Shown: positions 35,257 through 44,717 of the stretch, piece after piece
Position numbering within the stretch: position 1 is the first letter of the stretch
How the letters are laid out: every line of letters begins with the position of its first letter
Source: an uncultured Alphaproteobacteria bacterium
GTDB taxonomy: Bacteria > Pseudomonadota > Alphaproteobacteria > Rs-D84
Assembly: GCA_944390125.1 (NCBI GenBank)
Contig: CALXOX010000001.1
Location: 206,990 to 270,989, forward strand
Reading direction: 5' to 3'
DNA length: 64,000 nt
The notes under the pieces: model-generated
What the model saw: the letters and a program-made list of their open reading frames with translations, nothing else
The model's database searches: none
Told to the model about the DNA's origin: nothing
Program-made: the position numbers and the translations under genes

Positions 35257-36777
35257 ATGTTTACGATAAAAGGCAAAACAACAGATTGGGAACTGGTTAT
35301 TGGGCTAGAAACTCACATTGAAGTTTTATCTAAAAGCAAGTTATTCAGTGGTGCTTCAGCTGATTACAACCCAACTATTGCCCCGAATACTCAAGTATCT
35401 ATGGTAGACGTTGCAATGCCTGGTATGCTACCGGTACTAAACGAGTTTTGCGTTGAGCAAGCGATTCGCATGGGCTTGGGACTAAACGCAGAAATATCCA
35501 GAAAAAGTAAATTTGCCCGTAAACAGTACTTTTACCCTGACCTGCCACAAGGTTATCAAATTTCGCAACCTGCGGAAGAACCACCTGTTGTTGGTCGTGG
35601 CTGGGTTGAAATTATGGGTGACGACGGAAAACCTAAAAAGATTTTAATTGAACGCGCACACTTGGAACAAGACGCAGGAAAATTAAAACATGATGTACAT
35701 CCTACAAAATCTTTTGCTGACTACAATCGTACAGGCGTTGCGCTATTAGAAATCGTAACATTTTTAGATACTAAGAACCCAGAAAATAATTCTTATATCA
35801 CATCACCAGATGAAGCAGAACGTTATTTACGTGAAATTCGAGAAATAGCCCGCGCATTAGGTGTATCCAAAGCAAATATGGAAGAAGGTTCTATGCGTGC
35901 TGACGTAAATGTATCTGTACGCCCTGTTGGTAGCAAAGAATTCCGTACGCGTACAGAAACAAAGAATATGGTTTCATTTAAATTTATTAAATCAGCCATC
36001 GAATACGAAGCACGTCGTCAAATTGAAATATACGAAAACGGTGGCACAGTATCACAAGACACAATGCGTTATTCTCAATCAGAAGGTACTACGTCTGTTA
36101 TGCGCAGCAAAGAAGATGCGTTAGACTATCGTTATTTTCCTGACCCAGACTTATTGCCATTAGAAATTAGTGAAGAAACGATTGAGCGCATAAAAAATAC
36201 CATGCCAGAATTACCTGCTGCAACGCGTGCGCGCTTCATTAGTTTAGGTTTAAATGAATATGATGCAGCGCGTTTAACAGAAACAACGGATATATCAAAA
36301 TGGTTTGACGCAGCAGTTGGCGGAAAAGCAGAACGTGCAAAACCGGTTGCAAACTGGATGATAAGCGAATTGTTTGCACACCCAGAAAATTGGGATGTAA
36401 AAAACGCTGTGGATGCATCAAATCAAGGCGAAGCGCGAATCATTACACCAGAAAATTTGGCGGAATTGGTGGATATGATTGCGGCGTCTGAGATAAATGG
36501 CAAACAAGCAAAAGAAATCTTTATCAAAATGTTAGACGGCGAATCGGGAACGCCGAAAGAAATTGCAGACCGTTTCGGTATGAAACAAATTACTGATACA
36601 GGTGCTATAGAAAAAGCCGTTGATGATGTAATTGCTGCCAATCCATCACAAGTAGAACAATACAAATCTGGCAAAGTCGGATTACTTGGATTCTTTGTTG
36701 GTGGTGTAATGAAAGCAACTGGCGGCAAAGCAAATCCGGCAGTTGTAAACGAAATTTTGCGTAAAAAACTCTCATAA
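35257..36777 (+). CDS. gatB: Asp/Glu-tRNA amidotransferase subunit B
   Basis: Track ORF of 506 aa. Contains VIGLETHIEV, YFYPDLPQGYQISQ and RADVNVSVR. Confidence 0.95.
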   Translation: MFTIKGKTTDWELVIGLETHIEVLSKSKLFSGASADYNPTIAPNTQVSMVDVAMPGMLPVLNEFCVEQAIRMGLGLNAEISRKSKFARKQYFYPDLPQGYQISQPAEEPPVVGRGWVEIMGDDGKPKKILIERAHLEQDAGKLKHDVHPTKSFADYNRTGVALLEIVTFLDTKNPENNSYITSPDEAERYLREIREIARALGVSKANMEEGSMRADVNVSVRPVGSKEFRTRTETKNMVSFKFIKSAIEYEARRQIEIYENGGTVSQDTMRYSQSEGTTSVMRSKEDALDYRYFPDPDLLPLEISEETIERIKNTMPELPAATRARFISLGLNEYDAARLTETTDISKWFDAAVGGKAERAKPVANWMISELFAHPENWDVKNAVDASNQGEARIITPENLAELVDMIAASEINGKQAKEIFIKMLDGESGTPKEIADRFGMKQITDTGAIEKAVDDVIAANPSQVEQYKSGKVGLLGFFVGGVMKATGGKANPAVVNEILRKKLS

Positions 36778-36792
36778 CCCAAGGTGTAAAAC

Positions 36793-36969
36793 ATGAAAGT
36801 AATAACAATTGTAGAAGACAATGCGATAACAGGCGTACAATATGGAACAGTAGAAGTACCTGAACAAGGCAAAAAATTATCTCGCGTTGCACGTGCCTAC
36901 AAACGTATACAGAAAATTCAAGAAAGTCGTGCAGCTTTACAACGTATGGAACGTACAAAGAAAAAATAA
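36793..36969 (+). CDS. Small basic protein (58 aa), hypothetical
   Basis: Below the track cutoff. AAGGTG RBS at 36781-36786, ATG at 36793. MKVITIVEDNAITGVQYGTVEVPEQGKKLSRVARAYKRIQKIQESRAALQRMERTKKK. It fills the gatB-miaB gap exactly and ends 5 nt before miaB. Confidence 0.4.
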   Translation: MKVITIVEDNAITGVQYGTVEVPEQGKKLSRVARAYKRIQKIQESRAALQRMERTKKK

Positions 36970-36974
36970 ATACA

Positions 36975-38282
36975 ATGAAACAGTTTTTTATTCATACATT
37001 TGGTTGTCAGATGAACGTCTACGATGGTCAACGCATTGCAGCGATGTTGACTGCACGTGGCATGAAACAAACAGACGACGTTTCTGCGGCAGATATTATT
37101 ATATTAAATACTTGTGCTGTTCGCGCAAAGGCAACGGATAAAGTCTTTAGTGCATTAGGAAGAATTCGCAATGCCAAAAAAGCAGACGCATTATTTGGTA
37201 TTGTTGGCTGCGTTGCCCGTGAAGCTGGTGCAGACGCATTCCGTAGAATACCTGAATTAAACTTTGTATTGGGACCACAAAGTTATCATAAACTGCCAGA
37301 AATTTTAGAAAATCCGGATACAAAACTGTTAAATATTGACTTGGGCGGTCTTGAAAAGTTTGATGAACTGCCACAAATGGAAAAATCACCAGCAGTTGCA
37401 TATATACCAATACAAGAAGGCTGCAATCATTGCTGCACATATTGCATCGTGCCATATACACGCGGTCGCGAAATTTCTAGATCCTTTAACGACGTTATAA
37501 AAGACGTAAATCATGCAGCCCAAACAGGTGCTATAGAAATCTGTTTCCTGGGACAAAACGTAAATGGCTATAAATATACAGATTCTGATGGCGCTATTTA
37601 CAGATTATCAGATTTAATCAGAGAAACTGCCAAATTAGATGCTATAAAACGCATACGTTTTACATCAAGTTATCCAACGGAAATGACAGACGACTTGATA
37701 GACATGTTCAGAACAGAACCCAAATTATTACCATTCTTGAATTTGCCTATACAAAGCGGATCGCAAAATGTATTGACAAGAATGAATCGTCCGTACAGCC
37801 TAGATCTATATATAGATATAGTTGACAAATTAAAGTCAGCGCGTTCAGACATTCAAATATCTAGCGATTTTATTGTTGGTTTTCCAGGAGAGACTGACGA
37901 AGATTTTGAACAAACTATGGACATTGTGAAAAGAGTAAGATACATAAACTCGTACTCTTTTAAATATTCACCCCGTCCACATACTGCTGCGGCTGTAATG
38001 CCAAACCAAATTCCGGAAAGCATCAAAGCAAAGCGCCTTGCAATACTGGACTCATACTTAAACGAAATTCAACGCGATTTTAATTTATCATGCGTTGGCA
38101 AAAAATTAAATTGTTTATACGAAGGTCCAGATAAAACCGGTAAACATTTAGTCTATAGAACACCATATATGCAGCAATGCATAATAGACTCTATTGACGG
38201 TAACATTCCATCAATGACAATGATAGAAATTACAGCGGCCAACAAAGCATCTTTACGTGGCAAAATAGCGAAACCAGATTAA
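36975..38282 (+). CDS. miaB: tRNA-i6A37 methylthiotransferase MiaB
   Basis: Track ORF of 435 aa. N-terminal TFGCQMN, radical SAM CNHCCTYC, and a TRAM-like C-terminus. Confidence 0.9.
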   Translation: MKQFFIHTFGCQMNVYDGQRIAAMLTARGMKQTDDVSAADIIILNTCAVRAKATDKVFSALGRIRNAKKADALFGIVGCVAREAGADAFRRIPELNFVLGPQSYHKLPEILENPDTKLLNIDLGGLEKFDELPQMEKSPAVAYIPIQEGCNHCCTYCIVPYTRGREISRSFNDVIKDVNHAAQTGAIEICFLGQNVNGYKYTDSDGAIYRLSDLIRETAKLDAIKRIRFTSSYPTEMTDDLIDMFRTEPKLLPFLNLPIQSGSQNVLTRMNRPYSLDLYIDIVDKLKSARSDIQISSDFIVGFPGETDEDFEQTMDIVKRVRYINSYSFKYSPRPHTAAAVMPNQIPESIKAKRLAILDSYLNEIQRDFNLSCVGKKLNCLYEGPDKTGKHLVYRTPYMQQCIIDSIDGNIPSMTMIEITAANKASLRGKIAKPD

Positions 38283-39835
38283 AAATCAAAATTTGCAGAT
38301 AGTTTTATTTTGTACCCGACACTTCCTTCTGCCATGCGAACAATTCCTACACTAAAAGAGCCACCTGCCCTGTCCGCTAAAGAACGTACATCTATATCTA
38401 CGTACGCATCAATTTGCTGGTTCGTGTACACGACAAGATTTGCACCATATTTATAAACAAAATCATAGTCATTTATTTCCAAGACAACATCTGCACCAAC
38501 GCCAGCATATAAATCACCAACATAAGTATTTACTATTTTTGCACCATCATATACGGCGCGAACAAACGGAGCCATGACAAAGTTTGATTTTACATACATC
38601 AATCGGCCAAAATCAGCACTTGAATAAAAAGAAAAACCAGACGGAGATTCTACAATTTTCCCATTGTCAAAAATATTTTCGATATCAAAATTCGCAATTG
38701 TACCACCAACCTTACCTTTTATAAATACATCATCTTTAAAATACGCTATATGCACATTTCCGCCATATACAGCAGATTTATAGTTTTCATATTTATCTGA
38801 ATTATTAAATGAAGCGGCATAAATATTTAATCCAAAATTCAAATCATTGATTAGTTCAAAAGCAGCATTTAATTGCATACCGAACGCAGAAAAAGAATCC
38901 CCAAATACGCCCAATGGAGCAATTGAAAACGTACTTTCACTTGGCTCTTTTTCATTTAAAATGAACGAATCAAATATACGAACAGAACTCATCAACTTTA
39001 TCGGATTTAATCTAACAGAATCAGAAATTATCTCATTTATTTCTGTAATCGAAGCAGCACTATCCAGCACCGATAATAATTTATCATTTGGATTTTCGCC
39101 CCTTAAATAATTTAAAAATTTACCAGTATCGTTCTTTAAAATTTTGAAATAATCTGTATCTCTAACAACATCAAAGTAAAGCGAATTATTTAATATATAA
39201 GATTGAAAACGATAAAGGCTGTTAGTTGATTCAGCTTCTATTCTTATAATCCCATCACCAGATATATTTGATAAAATGGGACTATCTGTAGCAACAAAAT
39301 TTTCATCCAAATAAATTGTGATATCACCATGTAATTCGATATCTGGCACTTTAATTGAGTTCAAAATACGAGCTGCCTTACCAGTCAACTCTAACCCAGA
39401 ATCATGTAAAATTATCTTGTCTGCACCAGCGGAAATATTTTGAATTCCAAACCAAGAAACTTTGTCAGCGTTTTCAACAAGAACACTAAAATCATTTGCT
39501 CCAATCGGGTTTATATCCGAATTATTTTGAATAAGTTGTATAATATTTGACGTTTCAGGCAAACCAAATTCTGCATTTATAATACCAGCATTCTTTATGT
39601 ATAAATCACAACCTTTGCATACGTCAATATTACCATTGATTACGCCATTATTTGTAATAACTGCAGAATTTACGACATTCAAATTATCAACAACGACCGA
39701 ATCGGCTATAACAGTATTATTAAAAACCATATAGTTTTCAGAATCGTTATTTACATAATCAACAGCAGCAAATGCACAAAACGGCATTGCTGAAAAAGGA
39801 ACTAATAATAAGAAAATATTCCACTTTTTCTCCAC
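38279..39835 (-). CDS. Autotransporter-like outer membrane protein
   Basis: Track ORF of 518 aa with a signal peptide. The N-terminal half is Asn/Val-rich and beta-helix-like. The C-terminal ~250 aa has alternating beta-strands and ends ...KLSANFDF with an aromatic terminus. Confidence 0.6.
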   Translation of the reverse strand: MEKKWNIFLLLVPFSAMPFCAFAAVDYVNNDSENYMVFNNTVIADSVVVDNLNVVNSAVITNNGVINGNIDVCKGCDLYIKNAGIINAEFGLPETSNIIQLIQNNSDINPIGANDFSVLVENADKVSWFGIQNISAGADKIILHDSGLELTGKAARILNSIKVPDIELHGDITIYLDENFVATDSPILSNISGDGIIRIEAESTNSLYRFQSYILNNSLYFDVVRDTDYFKILKNDTGKFLNYLRGENPNDKLLSVLDSAASITEINEIISDSVRLNPIKLMSSVRIFDSFILNEKEPSESTFSIAPLGVFGDSFSAFGMQLNAAFELINDLNFGLNIYAASFNNSDKYENYKSAVYGGNVHIAYFKDDVFIKGKVGGTIANFDIENIFDNGKIVESPSGFSFYSSADFGRLMYVKSNFVMAPFVRAVYDGAKIVNTYVGDLYAGVGADVVLEINDYDFVYKYGANLVVYTNQQIDAYVDIDVRSLADRAGGSFSVGIVRMAEGSVGYKIKLSANFDF

Positions 39836-39937
39836 ACGCCAAGGCTAGCATATAAGATTTTTTTCTTAAAGCATAATTATAAAAATAACCCGAAATACAT
39901 CGGGTTATTTCATTGATCAACCGGACAATTATTTAAT

Positions 39938-40495
39938 TTACAGCATCATGCCCTTTTTTAAAGTACCCCAAGCTGCCTTATAGCCACCATCACGCTCCAA
40001 ATAAATCTTTGCGTTATTCAACTGTTCAGCAGTCAAACCATGCAAAATGAAAGATTCTTTCAAGCGACCCGCTGTTTTAACACTTAAAGTAGGTAATTCC
40101 ATCTGCATTGGCATTTTATTGCAGCACATACCACTATCACATTTGCTGCACTGATAGATTTTTGCAGTATAAACTTTTCCTGGGCGCAAATCTTTCAAAT
40201 CAACTTCCATTTTTAAACCAGCATCTGTTTCCATAAACTTTATATCACCCATTCTTGATTCACCGCCATGACTGCTGTGCGTATACATTTTTGCTTCTAC
40301 GTGCGTAATATCAGCATCTTCATATGTCTGATAGAATACGACAGTTTCTGTTGGTTGCTGTTGCTGCTGCATCATACGATTGTGTTGTTGTGGTTTCATT
40401 TTCTTTTGTCCACACATAGTGGTACAACCAGACATCAAAACAACAGCACCCAAAACGGATGTCAACATGAACATTTTTTTAATCAAGTTTTTCAT
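39938..40495 (-). CDS. Lipoprotein, Met/Gln/Cys-rich, distant Cu/Zn-SOD-like fold (uncertain)
   Basis: Track ORF 39938..40549 has a GTG start. I prefer M19 (MKNLIKKMFMLTSVLGAVVLMSGC lipobox). GDIKFMETDAGLKMEVDLKDLRPGKVYTAKIYQ resembles the SodC N-terminal strands, but the His ligands are absent. Confidence 0.55.
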   Translation of the reverse strand: MKNLIKKMFMLTSVLGAVVLMSGCTTMCGQKKMKPQQHNRMMQQQQQPTETVVFYQTYEDADITHVEAKMYTHSSHGGESRMGDIKFMETDAGLKMEVDLKDLRPGKVYTAKIYQCSKCDSGMCCNKMPMQMELPTLSVKTAGRLKESFILHGLTAEQLNNAKIYLERDGGYKAAWGTLKKGMML

Positions 40496-40755
40496 AAAGG
40501 TCTCCTTTTTTCTTATGGTTACAATACATATTGTATAATAAAAAAACACAATTTTCGTCAGGTTTGAATCCCTAGGAATACCAGGAAATCATGCACATAC
40601 AGCGATTTCATATAACCAAAAAATCATTTAATAAATCTGCTTTTTATCAGCACAAACCCACCTAGTTCGATAGAGTTTTATTTTCGTCATCATACCTTGT
40701 TAAACTTCTAAAAAAAAACCGCCGAACGAATCGGCGGTTTAAACAACAATCATGA

Positions 40756-41370
40756 TTAGAACATAAATCTAACACCAATATCACCACCAAAATTATGTAA
40801 GCCAGAATTGATATCTACATAATTATAGCGAGCAGCAATATCAACAGCGAAACGTTCCATATCGAATGTTACGCCCATCGTACCCATTGCAGAAAAGCGA
40901 GTTTTGCTTTCGCTGTGATGACCGACATCTGGAACTTCACGTTTAACATCCGTAAACGCGACACCGGCACCCAAACCAACGAATGGACGAACTACGCGAT
41001 AACCACCGAATTCCCAATAAGAGTTCCACAACAGGGTCTGCATTTTTGTTTCTACTTTTACATCGCCGATATCGCCGAAATTAGCAGTATCTTTTGCTTT
41101 GCTGTAGATAGACCATTCAATTTCTGAACGCATCGTATCACAAACTTCCAAACCCATTGCTGCTCTGCCCTGGAAAATCATATCAGACAAAGTTTCTTTT
41201 TTATCGTTATAGCTATAATTTAAATTAGAATAACTTGCACCGCCACGCATACCGATGTAAGGATCCAAACCAAACATCTGCCAGCTACTGCCTTGAGACT
41301 GATAACCTGTTCCAGCAAATGCAGGGCAAGCAATCAGCACAGCCAGTGTTGATATAACTATTTTTTTCAT
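40756..41370 (-). CDS. Outer membrane beta-barrel protein (OmpA-like/Omp25 porin family)
   Basis: Track ORF of 204 aa. Signal peptide with AFA cleavage site, alternating beta-strand pattern, and terminal GVRFMF. Confidence 0.8.
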   Translation of the reverse strand: MKKIVISTLAVLIACPAFAGTGYQSQGSSWQMFGLDPYIGMRGGASYSNLNYSYNDKKETLSDMIFQGRAAMGLEVCDTMRSEIEWSIYSKAKDTANFGDIGDVKVETKMQTLLWNSYWEFGGYRVVRPFVGLGAGVAFTDVKREVPDVGHHSESKTRFSAMGTMGVTFDMERFAVDIAARYNYVDINSGLHNFGGDIGVRFMF

Positions 41371-41502
41371 TTTTCTCTCTCCTTTTATTGAGTTGTCATT
41401 TTAAAGTTTTTTCATGTCAACAGTGTGATTCTATCAAAGTAAATATAAACTTTGCATAGGTATGGCTACCTATTACAATTTCAAGCAAAAATGACAAAGC
41501 CC

Positions 41503-41530
41503 TTGCATTTAGCAAAAAAAGGACTATAAT
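41503..41530 (+). promoter_or_regulatory. Putative promoter of tRNA-Lys
   Basis: -35 TTGCAT (41503-41508), 16-nt spacer, -10 TATAAT (41525-41530). Confidence 0.5.
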
Positions 41531-41575
41531 CGCCTAGGTCTAAAGATTAGGACACTATATAATTACAACGGACCC

Positions 41576-41651
41576 GGGTGCGTAGCTCAGTTGGTAGAGC
41601 AACTGACTCTTAATCAGTGGGTCCAGGGTTCGAGTCCCTGCGCGCCCACCA
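41576..41651 (+). tRNA. tRNA-Lys (CTT)
   Basis: GGGUGCGUAGCUCAGUUGGUAGAGCAACUGACUCUUAAUCAGUGGGUCCAGGGUUCGAGUCCCUGCGCGCCCACCA. It folds as a cloverleaf with anticodon loop CUCUUAA and an encoded CCA. Confidence 0.9.
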
Positions 41652-41655
41652 AAAA

Positions 41656-41680
41656 TAAAAACCGCAATGCGGTTTTTCTT
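41656..41680. terminator. Bidirectional terminator shared by tRNA-Lys and the M23 peptidase gene
   Basis: AAAAACCGC-aat-GCGGTTTTT. Confidence 0.7.
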
Positions 41681-41685
41681 TTTAT

Positions 41686-43023
41686 CTACTTTTTTAAATA
41701 AGATGATGGATTATAGGCCTTTGTTCCCTTACGAATTTCAAAATGTAATTGCGGCTGATCCACCTTGCCCGTTTCACCAACAGTACCAATTTTTTGTCCA
41801 ACCAAAACTTTTGTACCACGGCGCACAGCCATAGAATCCAGGTGTGCATACACTGTCATCCATCCGTCAGAATGCTGAATAATTATCAAATTCCCCATAC
41901 CTTTTACTTCATTACCAGCATATGCTACAACCCCGTTTTCTGCTGCCTTTACGACAGTTCCTCGTGCTGCGCCAATGTTTATACCATCATTAAACAGCCC
42001 ATTTGATTTTGAACCATAACCAGATAAAATTCTGCCTTGTACTGGCCACGAGAACTTTGAAGAAGAACGTGCACTAATAGTTGGTAACTTTTTAGTTGGG
42101 TCAGACGAAATCTTTTCTTTGGGTTTTGCAACTGTGGTTTTGTTCACCGTTGAACCTGCCGTCGTACTGGATTGTTGACTTACTGCAGTTGACGATGTAG
42201 ACACTCGAACTGGTGCAGTGCTCAAGTTCGGCACTTTCAATTTTTGACCTACAGATAAAGTAAATGGTGCGGTTAAATTATTCATAACCGCCAAATCATT
42301 GACTGGCACAGAATATTTACGAGACAAAGAATACAGCGTATCACCAGCATTCACGGTAATTTCTTGCAACTGAACGCGAGTCGTTGTATTGGGTACAGCG
42401 GTCGCTGTTCGATTCGGTACTTGAACCGTTTGAACAACAGTAGTTTCGGTTTTAGCAGGAATCTTTAACTGCTGACCACCATACAAAGAATATGGTTCTT
42501 CTAAATTATTCACGCGCGCAATTTCTTCTACAGAAGTAGAATATTTTTTTGCCAACGAATACAAAGTATCACCAGCCTGAACTGTTACATCAACCGTTGA
42601 TTGTACGGTCTTTGACCCACCATACATTGGAACAAATAAATACTCACTATCTGCGTCCGCCACTGCTGTATCATTTGAAACTATCGGCGCCCCATAATCC
42701 ACGTTTGTCTGAACAGGTGCATCACCATACATTGCCCCGCCCTCTCTTGCGGGCGGTATTATATAATCATCAACACTTGCATATTCAATATAATCCGCAC
42801 TTCCAACAGAACCGTACAAATTAGGTGCAGCATAAACCCCATAGTCTGTTGCGGCAGAATTATAAATTTCTGGCTGGGTTTCTGGATCCGCTAACAAAGC
42901 CGGATAACGCGCAGAAATAAACTCGCCAACTGTGTCGGGTAACGACACTATCTTTGGCTGCAAATCACAAGCGGCAACAGCAATTACCGCCACCCCGGCA
43001 AAAAATAAACCGATTTTTTTCAC
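41686..43023 (-). CDS. LysM-domain M23 murein endopeptidase (NlpD-like lipoprotein)
   Basis: Track ORF of 445 aa. Lipobox AVAAC. Two LysM repeats (GDTLYSLAKKYSTSVEEIARVNNL and GDTLYSLSRKYSVPVNDLAVMNNL). M23 domain with HSDGWMTVYAHL and LHFEIR. Confidence 0.9.
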   Translation of the reverse strand: MKKIGLFFAGVAVIAVAACDLQPKIVSLPDTVGEFISARYPALLADPETQPEIYNSAATDYGVYAAPNLYGSVGSADYIEYASVDDYIIPPAREGGAMYGDAPVQTNVDYGAPIVSNDTAVADADSEYLFVPMYGGSKTVQSTVDVTVQAGDTLYSLAKKYSTSVEEIARVNNLEEPYSLYGGQQLKIPAKTETTVVQTVQVPNRTATAVPNTTTRVQLQEITVNAGDTLYSLSRKYSVPVNDLAVMNNLTAPFTLSVGQKLKVPNLSTAPVRVSTSSTAVSQQSSTTAGSTVNKTTVAKPKEKISSDPTKKLPTISARSSSKFSWPVQGRILSGYGSKSNGLFNDGINIGAARGTVVKAAENGVVAYAGNEVKGMGNLIIIQHSDGWMTVYAHLDSMAVRRGTKVLVGQKIGTVGETGKVDQPQLHFEIRKGTKAYNPSSYLKK

Positions 43024-43060
43024 ACACCAATTATATCACAAAAAACAAAATAAATCTTAT

Positions 43061-43774
43061 CTATTTTGTATCATCTCGCATAAACAGCAAACTTGCCTCG
43101 AACAACCCCCACATAGGCAAAGCCAGCAATACCTGAGATACAACATCAGGCGGAGTCAAAACAGCCGCGACAACAACGATTAAGACTATTGCATATCTAC
43201 GCATTTTCACGGCACGTGCACGCGACAAAATTCCAATCCTATTTAGCAAAACCAGAACCAATGGTAACTGAAAAGCAATTCCAAAAACCTTCAGCAATCC
43301 AATTGCAAAAGACAGATAATCTTTCGCAGCAGGCAAAACAACTGCCGGCACCGGTGAAGACTGATTTAATTCTATAAAGAACCCAAACACAAACGGAAAT
43401 AAAATATAAAAAGCAAATCCCGCCCCCAAAAGGAATAACAACGGCGAAGCAATCAAAATTGGCCATATAATTTTTTGCTCTTTTTTATGCAAACCGGGTG
43501 CAACAAAAGCCCAAACTTGCCACAAAACAAATGGAGTCGAAACAAACAAGGCAAATAGTACAGACAAGGAAAATCGTATCATCAAACCATCAGCCAACCC
43601 TGTATATAATAATTCTCCTTCTGGCCAAACATTTAATAACGGCGCTGTTAAAAACTCCTGCAGCCAAGGCGAAACATACCAACCAACAACCAGCGCAACA
43701 ACAAATAGCCCGAACACCCATAATATTCGACGACGCAACTCTGCAAAATGTTGTCCCATAGTCATACGCATCAT
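43061..43774 (-). CDS. tatC: Twin-arginine translocase subunit TatC
   Basis: Track ORF of 237 aa with six TM helices. Contains HFAELRRRIL and LTPPDVVSQ. Confidence 0.9.
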   Translation of the reverse strand: MMRMTMGQHFAELRRRILWVFGLFVVALVVGWYVSPWLQEFLTAPLLNVWPEGELLYTGLADGLMIRFSLSVLFALFVSTPFVLWQVWAFVAPGLHKKEQKIIWPILIASPLLFLLGAGFAFYILFPFVFGFFIELNQSSPVPAVVLPAAKDYLSFAIGLLKVFGIAFQLPLVLVLLNRIGILSRARAVKMRRYAIVLIVVVAAVLTPPDVVSQVLLALPMWGLFEASLLFMRDDTK

Positions 43775-44100
43775 TTACGTTTTGCACCTGCTCTTTTGTT
43801 TATTACCTTTGACTTAGTTTTTCTTGTTTTTACAACGTCTTTTCTTATTTTTCTCAACGGTTCAGAAATGCCATCCAACATATCTGCTGTTGTGGATTGA
43901 ATTAAATCATCAATAGGCTTTTCTAAATCTATCTGTTGTCTTATCTGTTCAGAGGCATCTGTTATTTTCCAAATCAATTTTCTGATAAAAGTAACCGCCT
44001 GCGCCAAAAATCGTGCAACATCTGGCCACATACGTGCTGGAATTACCAAGACGCCAACCAATAAAATAACTAAAAATTCTGCCCAACTTATGCCAAACAT
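43771..44100 (-). CDS. tatB: Twin-arginine translocase subunit TatB
   Basis: Track ORF of 109 aa. MFGISWAEFLVILLVGVLVI followed by an amphipathic helix. It overlaps tatC by 4 nt. Confidence 0.8.
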   Translation of the reverse strand: MFGISWAEFLVILLVGVLVIPARMWPDVARFLAQAVTFIRKLIWKITDASEQIRQQIDLEKPIDDLIQSTTADMLDGISEPLRKIRKDVVKTRKTKSKVINKRAGAKRK

Positions 44101-44102
44101 TT

Positions 44103-44717
44103 TTAATCGTAAAACGAATCGCCCCCACTGGTGCTAACCGTTCTATGTTTCTGAATTTGAAAATAATCAGACCCAAAATTTGTTTTCGTTTTCAAGTTAT
44201 TAAATGCAACATCTGTTTTGGCTCCGGTTGCATCAACAACAGTCCAAGAATTTAATTTTACTGGGCTTTTATCAAAAACAACCGTCATATTCCCAACACC
44301 CTCTTGCCCACGCAAATTCATTTTTAATGAAAAAGTATCATCTGAAGATTGTGTTTCCATTACATTTATATCGGCATTACGTAAGTCAATATTTTCACGA
44401 ATCAAAATACCCGCTGGGGTACTGGTTAAAGGAACGGTGGTAATTTGATCTAAAGACTTATCAAAAAAATACAAGTCACGCCCATCAGCAATCAATTGTA
44501 CTGGCATATTATCGTAATCTAGGCGCACACGTCCTGGGCGCAACATAGAAAAAACACCCTTCTCTTGCTTCCCGTTTGCAGTTTGTACAAAGTTCCCCGT
44601 CAAACCCGTTATAGAATTCAAATATTTTTCTGCAGAACTTACCAAAGAAGAGTCAACCGCGGCCTGTGCAACTGTGCTAAAAATCATAGCAACAACTGCA
44701 AAAATTATTTTTCTCAT
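44103..44717 (-). CDS. LolA-like outer-membrane lipoprotein carrier
   Basis: Track ORF of 204 aa with a signal peptide. F.Q...G....G.F...RPGRVRLDY pattern and LolA-like size. Confidence 0.7.
   Translation of the reverse strand: MRKIIFAVVAMIFSTVAQAAVDSSLVSSAEKYLNSITGLTGNFVQTANGKQEKGVFSMLRPGRVRLDYDNMPVQLIADGRDLYFFDKSLDQITTVPLTSTPAGILIRENIDLRNADINVMETQSSDDTFSLKMNLRGQEGVGNMTVVFDKSPVKLNSWTVVDATGAKTDVAFNNLKTKTNFGSDYFQIQKHRTVSTSGGDSFYD

Noticed and set aside
38279-38282. 4-nt convergent overlap of miaB and the autotransporter-like gene as a regulatory feature
   Set aside because: Such stop-stop overlaps are common in compact genomes. There is no associated structure, so it is noted only as evidence of tight packing.
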